From assembly GCA_937959535.1 (NCBI GenBank), contig CALGPW010000013.1, positions 34,372 to 98,371 of the forward strand: 64,000 bases of DNA, read 5' to 3'. The notes under the pieces are model-generated. The model did not search any database. It saw only the letters and a list, made by a program, of their open reading frames with translations, and had not been told where the DNA came from. Both the position numbers and the translations under genes were made by a program. Below, in pieces: positions 9,116 to 16,910 of this stretch; within the stretch, counting starts at the first letter, position 1; each line of letters starts with the position of its first letter. Source of the stretch: an uncultured Candidatus Saccharibacteria bacterium. GTDB lineage: Bacteria > Patescibacteriota > Saccharimonadia > Saccharimonadales > Saccharimonadaceae.

Positions 9116-10048
9116 ATGGTAAAAAGTCCAGATCTACTCAATAAAGAGGTTAGCCGCGGCGAGCTACTAAAGTTTGCAGGAATCGGTCTAGGAATATTGG
9201 CCGCAGGAGCCTGCGCTGAAAAAACTGGCTCTGCAAAGCCAGCCAGCCCGAGTACTGCAAATATACCGATGGAGACGGCTGACGCACGGCCTACGCCGCC
9301 ACCGACACCGACACCAGAGGCAACACCGACCCCAGAAGCAGAAACTCCGATAGATTTATCCGAAATTGTTCCAGAAGATAAGCTACGTGAAAAACTCGTG
9401 TTACCGAATTTTAAAGAAGTAAGAAGCAGATACAGATGGGATAGCGATGCCTGTCAAGAGATAGCTGAAGCACTTATTGGGGCCATTAATTGTCTTACCT
9501 GCCCCACCGTACTAAACCAAGGTACTGATAATGTATTCGGCCAATATGTAACCAAAGAAGGCACTTCAGGATATCTGGCTGATTCTATCTGCGACCGTGT
9601 AAAAGAAAAGTTTATTGAATTAACCATGAGTCCAGGCGCTCTTGATAGTGAAGGCACTCCGGAATTCTTTGATTGGGTAAGTGAACGATGCTATGCTAAT
9701 GTTGGTATAGCTGTAGACGGCAATGTAAATGAGAAATTTTTCGATCATAGAGTCGCCCCGCTCACAAAAGGGAGAGAATTCTATAGGATAGACGAAGTTA
9801 TACCTGTGCCAAAAAACAAAGATGGCGATATAGCAGAAGGTTCGGTACTTCCTGACAACACTGTTAAGTTAGTATGGGATACTTGCGCAAGCACCAACCT
9901 AGATCCATCAGACCCCAGGTACGCAGTGATGGATCCAGAAAACGACAAACGGCGTTTCACCGCTTATCTTGACAAAACAAGTGCAGGCGAGCTATCTATC
10001 AAAAAAATAGCTGTCGAAGAACTCACCGGACAGGCTAGATCAAAATAA
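9116..10048 (+). CDS. Putative lipoprotein of unknown function
   Basis: SRGELLK + hydrophobic stretch + LAAGAC lipobox-like motif; PT-rich linker; own promoter TTGATT..TATAAT. Confidence 0.65.
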   Translation: MVKSPDLLNKEVSRGELLKFAGIGLGILAAGACAEKTGSAKPASPSTANIPMETADARPTPPPTPTPEATPTPEAETPIDLSEIVPEDKLREKLVLPNFKEVRSRYRWDSDACQEIAEALIGAINCLTCPTVLNQGTDNVFGQYVTKEGTSGYLADSICDRVKEKFIELTMSPGALDSEGTPEFFDWVSERCYANVGIAVDGNVNEKFFDHRVAPLTKGREFYRIDEVIPVPKNKDGDIAEGSVLPDNTVKLVWDTCASTNLDPSDPRYAVMDPENDKRRFTAYLDKTSAGELSIKKIAVEELTGQARSK

Positions 10049-10070
10049 ATAAACCGCTTAAATACTAAGA

Positions 10071-10094
10071 AAAAGCGCTATTATAGCGCTTTTT
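10071..10094. terminator. Palindromic hairpin terminator
   Basis: AAAAGCGCTA-TTA-TAGCGCTTTT. Confidence 0.6.
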
Positions 10095-10130
10095 CGTTTT
10101 ATTTACTCTACAGATACTGTATAGTATATT

Positions 10131-13097
10131 ATGGTTATGTATAAAAGGATAGCGCTTTTTGTTTTAGCTGCAATCATAGCAACAACTTCTTTGATAGCAA
10201 TGATAGGTGAGAATGCTTTCGCTGCACCTGAACTTTCAGAACCTTATTTTCCTGCCGCATTAGTCGAGAGAGCAAAAAAGAAATCTGCTGCAAATGTATA
10301 CATATATTGCGTTCATAAAAATTCTAGTCCCGCTCCTAGTTCCGCTGCTTCTAGTCCCGGTTCTAGTCCCGGTAATCAAGTTGTATTTAATAAGAACATA
10401 GGAGTAGCTAAGGATGATATATTGGGTCATGGTTGGGGCGGCTCAGCTAGTGGTGGAGCATCAGATTTTAATTCAAAAGGTGACAACAATCAAAACTGCG
10501 GGTCGTTAAGTATAACTACTTTTGTAAATTTTTTTAATAGCATTGGCTTCAATGGTAGCGATCCACAACAGATTCTCTGCAACATGGCGTCGAACGTTGT
10601 TATATACTCTACATCCGAGAGTAAATCGGAAAAAGAACAATGCGACAAGGATAAGGCTATGGAGGGAACGACTATTACAGTAAAATTAGAGGCTTTTGAA
10701 GCGCTCATTCGAATAAAAGTTGAAGATTTTGATAATGTTGATAGATTTTACACTGCCTATACACTTGTGAAGAGATATTGCAACGTAACCAACCAGGGTA
10801 CTGACGTAACTAAAATTAAGGAAACGAATTATCCAATTTTTTTTGCTGATAAAACTGGCGAAGGTAACACTTATAGACATACGACAGACAAGGCAAACGA
10901 CTCATTTTATACATGGAATGATATGACTAACTATACCCAAGGTACAGCGCACTGCAACACTATGATGAATAACTATATAGGCTACCAAAACCACACTCCA
11001 AAACAACCATGGGTAGACGACTACGTAGCATATCTTAAAAAAATCCATGCTGCGGAGGAGAAAGCAAAAACAGCCACAGCAGAGAAGGCAAAAGCAACGG
11101 AGACGAAAGAGTATGCAGAGGCTTGTAAATCCTTAGGCTATACCAGCGGTAAAGAACTGGAAGCTTGTGCAGAAGGCTTTAGACATTTAAGCGACGAATC
11201 ATTTTGCGCAACTAAATATCAAGGTTCACCAGGAGAGCTAGCCGCCTGCCAAGCAGCTCAGGGTTCTACAAAAAAAGCTCCGCCGCCAGAAGAAAAAGAA
11301 GAAGACCAAGAAAACTGCAAAATTGACTATATCGGCTGGTTCATCTGCCCGATTGTCAACACCCTAGCCAGTATGTCTGAGGGTGCGCGGGCACAACTAA
11401 TTAATATGTTAACTGTTGACGCCAAGAGTATTCTAGGCGACACTTCTGACGGCTCTGTCTATTCATATTGGTCGAAGATTCGCGATTATGCAAATATCCT
11501 CTTCGTGGTATTCTTCCTGTTTGTCATCTATTCGCAGATGACTGGATACGGTTTAGATAATTACGGCATCAAACGCATGTTGCCAAAATTAATAGTAGGC
11601 GTAATCGTGGTTAATGCATCATTCTACATATGCGGATTACTAGTAGACCTGTCTAACGTCGTCGGGTCGAGTGCTTTCAACTTTGTCTCGACCGCTGCCG
11701 TTGGCGATATACCAGCGGGTGATTGGTCAAATAGTGACAGTGGCTGGATAAATAAGATAGCAGCAGGTGCTTTGATTCTAACAGTTGGTTATTTTGCACT
11801 AGCAGCGGTAATTTCGATGCTACTGTTCGTAGTAATCACGGCAGTAACTACGATTTTCTTGCTGGGCGTGCGAGAGGCTATCATAATCATGTGTATCGTG
11901 CTATCGCCGCTAGCATTCGTCGCGATGATAATGCCAAATACTGAGGGATTATACAAAAAATGGTGGAGCGCTTTCAAGGCTGCCCTGATGGTCTACCCGA
12001 TGGTAGGATTGGTCTATGGCGCCAGCAATTTAGCGGCGAGAATTCTCGGCAGCGGCCTTAAGGAAAGCGATATTATTATGCAGTCTATCGTTGCTTTGCT
12101 AGTGTTTGCACCATTACTGATCGTGCCGAAACTAGTCAGAAGCGCTGTCGAAATCATCGGTATCGGCGGGGCAGTTGCTTGGCTTAATAAAAAGATGAAC
12201 AAGGGCCGAGATAGACTGACTGACAAGGTCGGCAAGTGGCGAGAAAATAAACTCACTAGCCAGTTTGGTAAGCATCGCCGCGAAAAGGCACAGCTTAGGA
12301 ACGCTCAGATACGCGGCGGCACTTATCGGGGTAGAGGAGGTATTGCCAATTTTAGAAACTGGCGATCAGCAGCCAATAGAAGACTTAATGCTAAGAGCGG
12401 CGATTTCGGCCAGAAACGTAAATTAGTTGGATCGATGGCCTTATTAGAAGAAGATAAAGAACGCATGAAGATGGCTAATGCCTGGATCGCTGATAATAAT
12501 ATGTCGTCTGATCGTTTGGCCGAAATAGCTACCGGCTTCACGAGAGACAAAGATGACAACATAGTACCAGTAGATTTGAGCGGCATATCATCTTATCAGC
12601 GGCGTGCCGCCATGCAGGCTCTAGCCCCGCATATGACCGGTAAACAAGCTGCTGACCTAGCCATAGCTTCCGCCTCATTCGGGGACACCTCGCTACAAAA
12701 AGAAGCTGCCAATGCCATCGGTCAATCTGGCGCCAAAAAAGCGCCATGGGTAGGCGGCAAGCAACTCGAAGCTATCCGGCAGGGTACTTACAATGAACAA
12801 GCAGCTATGAGCGATTATATCAAGAATAACGTTAGCGGCGAAGGCTTAGCTAATGCTGGCGCAGAACAGATTAGAGAAATGAGAACATTTGCGCAAGGTG
12901 CCCAAAACAACGGCAACAACTCATATATGGAATCACTATCCAGAGCCCGCGCTGATCTAGAAGCCGACGCCAAACGAGCTGGCGGGCTTCAAACTGCAGT
13001 ACGCCGAGAGATTAACGATATTCCTTTACCGCAAAATCATGGTTCTGGCGGTGATGACCAAGGTGGTGATGATGGCAACCAAGGCGACGGCAACTAA
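10131..13097 (+). CDS. Extended VirB6/TrbL-like T4SS membrane protein (paralog 2)
   Basis: Signal peptide, ~360 aa Cys-rich extracellular domain, NCKIDYIGWFICP, same polytopic core (W..IRDYAN, LPKLIVGVIVVN, REAII..SPLAF), basic/helical C-terminal region. Confidence 0.75.
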   Translation: MVMYKRIALFVLAAIIATTSLIAMIGENAFAAPELSEPYFPAALVERAKKKSAANVYIYCVHKNSSPAPSSAASSPGSSPGNQVVFNKNIGVAKDDILGHGWGGSASGGASDFNSKGDNNQNCGSLSITTFVNFFNSIGFNGSDPQQILCNMASNVVIYSTSESKSEKEQCDKDKAMEGTTITVKLEAFEALIRIKVEDFDNVDRFYTAYTLVKRYCNVTNQGTDVTKIKETNYPIFFADKTGEGNTYRHTTDKANDSFYTWNDMTNYTQGTAHCNTMMNNYIGYQNHTPKQPWVDDYVAYLKKIHAAEEKAKTATAEKAKATETKEYAEACKSLGYTSGKELEACAEGFRHLSDESFCATKYQGSPGELAACQAAQGSTKKAPPPEEKEEDQENCKIDYIGWFICPIVNTLASMSEGARAQLINMLTVDAKSILGDTSDGSVYSYWSKIRDYANILFVVFFLFVIYSQMTGYGLDNYGIKRMLPKLIVGVIVVNASFYICGLLVDLSNVVGSSAFNFVSTAAVGDIPAGDWSNSDSGWINKIAAGALILTVGYFALAAVISMLLFVVITAVTTIFLLGVREAIIIMCIVLSPLAFVAMIMPNTEGLYKKWWSAFKAALMVYPMVGLVYGASNLAARILGSGLKESDIIMQSIVALLVFAPLLIVPKLVRSAVEIIGIGGAVAWLNKKMNKGRDRLTDKVGKWRENKLTSQFGKHRREKAQLRNAQIRGGTYRGRGGIANFRNWRSAANRRLNAKSGDFGQKRKLVGSMALLEEDKERMKMANAWIADNNMSSDRLAEIATGFTRDKDDNIVPVDLSGISSYQRRAAMQALAPHMTGKQAADLAIASASFGDTSLQKEAANAIGQSGAKKAPWVGGKQLEAIRQGTYNEQAAMSDYIKNNVSGEGLANAGAEQIREMRTFAQGAQNNGNNSYMESLSRARADLEADAKRAGGLQTAVRREINDIPLPQNHGSGGDDQGGDDGNQGDGN

Positions 13098-13153
13098 GAT
13101 ACGCGGCGTACTAGCAGCTACATAAAGTATTCTTATGCGCTATAATAAGCAGT

Positions 13154-14140
13154 ATGGCAGAATATAAAGTCGCACAAGACGTCGAGGCAGAAGACAAGCT
13201 GATTGGGCCGTTTAGCTTCCGGCAGTTCATCTACCTGATAATTGCTGCTGTTGCTGTTGCCTTGGCCTGGGGATTGGGTCAGATATTTATCGGTTTGGCA
13301 ATTATTCCTTTGCCAGTTATCATATTTTTTACCGTGTTGGCGCTGCCGCTGCGCAAGGATCAGCCGATGGAGATCTATGTAGCAGCTATTATCTCTTATA
13401 GGTTGAAGCCGCGCAAGCGCGTCTGGTCGCCCGACGGTATCGAATCGCTGATCGAGATAACCGTACCAAAAGCTGTCGATGAGCATCTGACAAAAGACCT
13501 ATCGCAGATGGAGACCGAAAAGCGCCTGTCGTATCTAGCAGATATCGCCGACACCAAGGGTTGGTCGATCCGCCATACTACCGAACCAACCCCGAACAGT
13601 TCGATGGTGTCAGACCAATATTACGCAGCTCAGCAGACAGTTGGTATGCTCGACGAAGACGGCAGTGTCGCCAGAAAATTCGACGCTATGATTTCGCGGG
13701 CAGACCAAGAGCGCCACGACCGAATTATCCAAAATATGTATTATCAAGCGCAGACGCAAGCGCCAACACCGCAGCCGACGACCAACCAGGCGCCGCCTCC
13801 TCAGGCGCCTCAAACCTTTGATAATAACGATATTGGTGACACGGCCGCGCAAAACGATGAACATTTACCAAAGTTCAACCCTTACCCGACCATTCACCAA
13901 TCAGTTATCCAGCCTACGAGCCAGCAGAGCAACACAACCGCCAACAATCCTATTCAAGCTAGCTCAACAGAGCCAACCAAGCCAGCCGAACCAACAGCAA
14001 ACACTAGCGCAACAGCGGCTTCAGATGATATAATTAGTTTAGCTAATAATAGCGGCTTGTCGATCGCCGCCCTGCAGCACGAAGTAGATCGAGTCAAACA
14101 GAAGAAAGAAGACAGCGAAGTATTTATTTCGCTGCGCTAG
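13154..14140 (+). CDS. PrgI family (VirB3-like) protein with long disordered C-terminus
   Basis: YKVAQDVEAEDKLIGPFSFRQF, two TMs, DQPME, KPRKRVW. Confidence 0.85.
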   Translation: MAEYKVAQDVEAEDKLIGPFSFRQFIYLIIAAVAVALAWGLGQIFIGLAIIPLPVIIFFTVLALPLRKDQPMEIYVAAIISYRLKPRKRVWSPDGIESLIEITVPKAVDEHLTKDLSQMETEKRLSYLADIADTKGWSIRHTTEPTPNSSMVSDQYYAAQQTVGMLDEDGSVARKFDAMISRADQERHDRIIQNMYYQAQTQAPTPQPTTNQAPPPQAPQTFDNNDIGDTAAQNDEHLPKFNPYPTIHQSVIQPTSQQSNTTANNPIQASSTEPTKPAEPTANTSATAASDDIISLANNSGLSIAALQHEVDRVKQKKEDSEVFISLR

Positions 14141-14152
14141 GCAAAGAAAGGA

Positions 14153-15037
14153 GTGGGGGTGCCGCCAAACAATTTACCGCCGAATCAAGCACCAATGCCA
14201 GCGCCGATGCCGCCGGCTATTGCTGGTTCTGGGCAAAATATCGCGGCACCAGGCGACCCCGCTGGCAATCCTGGCGCACCATCATCGACCGACCCGAAAA
14301 AGGGCAAAGGTAAAGAACAGCCAAAGGCTACTAGCACCCAAAATTCCCTGATTTTTTCAGAATTACGCGACAGTATGGTGGTGATGAACGACGGATCGTT
14401 TCGCGCTATTGTTGCTTGCAAATCGATCAACTTCGACCTGATGAGCTCGCGCGAACGCGACGGCGTCGAGCTAAGCTATCAAGATTTCCTCAATGCTTTG
14501 TATTTTCCAATTCAAATATTCATTCGCTCGCAGCGGGTTGATATCGGCCCGTATCTCGATAAGCTCGACGCTCTGCGGCGCGACCAGGACAACATGCTGC
14601 TGGGCGTATTGATGGACGATTATATCAACTTTATCGATGTTTTATCGCAAGAAGCCAACATCATGGACAAAAGCTTTTTCGTGGTTATTCCGTATTTTCC
14701 GAGCGGCGACGTTACCAATCTCGTTCAGCAGAGCAAGGGGATATTCTCGATATTATTCGGCAGCAAGAAAGAAAATGTCACCAAAATCGACACCCAAACC
14801 TACGCCAAGGCCAAAGAAGAAATCAAAAACCGCGTCGATTCGGTGATTGGCGGGCTAATGCGCGTCGGCGTTTATTCTATTCAGCTCAATACCAAGCAGC
14901 TGGGCGAATTATATTACAATATATATAATCCAGATACAGCTGTACGAGAGCCGCTTGACGACTTTGGCGATGTAGCGTCGCTATACGTCCGCAAGGGCGA
15001 AGGTAATAATCCGTACACCCACGAGGAGGTTAGGTAA
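14153..15037 (+). CDS. T4SS protein resembling the VirB4/TraC N-terminal region
   Basis: STQ..L...E.RD, SINFDLMS..E, FLNALYFPIQI; sits between PrgI and VirB4; start codon uncertain. Confidence 0.7.
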   Translation: MGVPPNNLPPNQAPMPAPMPPAIAGSGQNIAAPGDPAGNPGAPSSTDPKKGKGKEQPKATSTQNSLIFSELRDSMVVMNDGSFRAIVACKSINFDLMSSRERDGVELSYQDFLNALYFPIQIFIRSQRVDIGPYLDKLDALRRDQDNMLLGVLMDDYINFIDVLSQEANIMDKSFFVVIPYFPSGDVTNLVQQSKGIFSILFGSKKENVTKIDTQTYAKAKEEIKNRVDSVIGGLMRVGVYSIQLNTKQLGELYYNIYNPDTAVREPLDDFGDVASLYVRKGEGNNPYTHEEVR

Positions 15038-16884
15038 TGGCCCGCAAGAAAAAGATGGATCCGCTAGACATCGCCGCCCAGCAGCGCGAGCGCGAGCAGG
15101 CAGAGGTCGAACAAGCTTTCCTCAAGGGTATGACCACGCTGCGCGATTTAATCGCGCCGAGCAGCCTCGAAATCCATTCGGCTTATTTCCGTATCGGCAC
15201 CAAATACGGCCGAACTATGTATGTCTATGGCTACCCGCGCCGGTTGTATACGGGCTGGCTATCGGGATTAATTAACATTGATCAAGTCCTCGATATCAGT
15301 ATGTTTATTTATCCTGTTGATACAGCGATTGTCCTCAAAAACTTGCGCAAAAAAGTTACTCAGCTAGAGGCCGATATGGCGATTAATGCCGAAAAAGGCA
15401 AGACGCGCGACCCAGCCAAAGAAGCCGCCCTGCAGGATGCCGAAGAGCTGCGCGACGAGCTGCAGGTCGGATCAGAGCGCTTTTTCCGCTACGGCCTGTA
15501 CGTGACGATTTACGGCGATAGCTTAGAGGAATTAGGCTATGTACAGCACTCGATCGAGACATTCTTCGGGCAGATGCTGGTTTACAGCAAAACCGCCTCT
15601 AGTCAGCAAGAACAAGGCCTAAACAGTACGGTGCCGCAAATGAGCGACCAGCTGCAAATTCGCCGCAATATGAACACTGGCGCCGTCAGCACCAGCTTCC
15701 CATTCACTAGCGCCGACTTAACCCAAGAAAACGGTATTTTGTACGGTATCAATATGCACAACAACGGCTTGGTAATTTTCGACCGCTACACCCTAGAGAA
15801 CGCCAACATGGTAGTATTCGCTAAATCTGGCGCCGGCAAGTCGTTTACTGTCAAGCTAGAGGCTCTTCGCAGCATGATGATGGGCGCTGATATCCTGATT
15901 ATCGACCCAGAAAACGAGTACCAGCGGCTAAGCGACGCTGTTGGCGGCAGCTATATTCGGCTCAGCCTCAGCAGCGACACGCGAATTAATCCTTTTGATC
16001 TGCCAAAAGTTATCGATAACGAAGAAGCCGACGACGCCTTGCGCGCTAATCTAGTGACGCTGCACGGGTTGCTGCGGCTGATGCTGGGCGGAGCTTCGGC
16101 TAATAGCGCTGGTATTGGCTTATCGCCATCCGAAGAGGCCGACCTCGACCAAGGCTTGATTGATACTTACGCTCGCGTCGGCATCACTAGCGATCCATTG
16201 ACACACACCTCAGTACCGCCGACAATGGGCGACCTATATGACACTCTGCTACACATGGGCGGTACCGGCCCGCAGTTGGCGCAGCGCCTGCGCAAATATA
16301 CCACTGGCACGTTTGCTGGTATCTTTAGTCAGCAGAGCAATATTGATATCAACAACAATATGGTGGTCTTTAATATTCGCGACCTCGAGGACGAATTGCG
16401 GCCGGTAGCCATGTATATCGTCCTTAGCCACATTTGGAATATTGTCCGCACCCAGCAGAAAAAGCGCATGTTAATCGTCGATGAGGCTTGGCAGCTGATG
16501 AAATATGACGACTCGGCGAACTTCATGTTTAGTTTAGCCAAGCGCGCTCGTAAATATTACCTGGGCCTGACGACTATCACTCAGGACGTCGAGGACTTTA
16601 TGGGCAGCAAAATGGGCCGTGCCATTGTTTCGAACTCATCAATGCAATTACTGCTAAAGCAATCGTCGAGCGCTGTCGATGTGCTTGGCGACGTTTTCAA
16701 ATTAACCGAAGAAGAACGCAAGCGCCTAGCTAACTTCCCAGTCGGACAGGGGTTATTCTTTGCCGGGCAGAATCACGTTCATATCCAGATTGTCGCCAGC
16801 GACACCGAAACCAGCCTGATTACCACCAACCCGCAGGCAACACTACAACAAGCCGCCGCAGCCGCTGCCGAGGAGCAGACATAA
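15037..16884 (+). CDS. virB4: VirB4-like T4SS ATPase
   Basis: Walker A AKSGAGKS, IIDPENEY, INPFDL, Walker B IVDEAW, RARKY..TQ. Confidence 0.92.
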   Translation: MARKKKMDPLDIAAQQREREQAEVEQAFLKGMTTLRDLIAPSSLEIHSAYFRIGTKYGRTMYVYGYPRRLYTGWLSGLINIDQVLDISMFIYPVDTAIVLKNLRKKVTQLEADMAINAEKGKTRDPAKEAALQDAEELRDELQVGSERFFRYGLYVTIYGDSLEELGYVQHSIETFFGQMLVYSKTASSQQEQGLNSTVPQMSDQLQIRRNMNTGAVSTSFPFTSADLTQENGILYGINMHNNGLVIFDRYTLENANMVVFAKSGAGKSFTVKLEALRSMMMGADILIIDPENEYQRLSDAVGGSYIRLSLSSDTRINPFDLPKVIDNEEADDALRANLVTLHGLLRLMLGGASANSAGIGLSPSEEADLDQGLIDTYARVGITSDPLTHTSVPPTMGDLYDTLLHMGGTGPQLAQRLRKYTTGTFAGIFSQQSNIDINNNMVVFNIRDLEDELRPVAMYIVLSHIWNIVRTQQKKRMLIVDEAWQLMKYDDSANFMFSLAKRARKYYLGLTTITQDVEDFMGSKMGRAIVSNSSMQLLLKQSSSAVDVLGDVFKLTEEERKRLANFPVGQGLFFAGQNHVHIQIVASDTETSLITTNPQATLQQAAAAAAEEQT

Positions 16885-16910
16885 TAGCTTAAAAAGGTTA
16901 TAATAAGATT

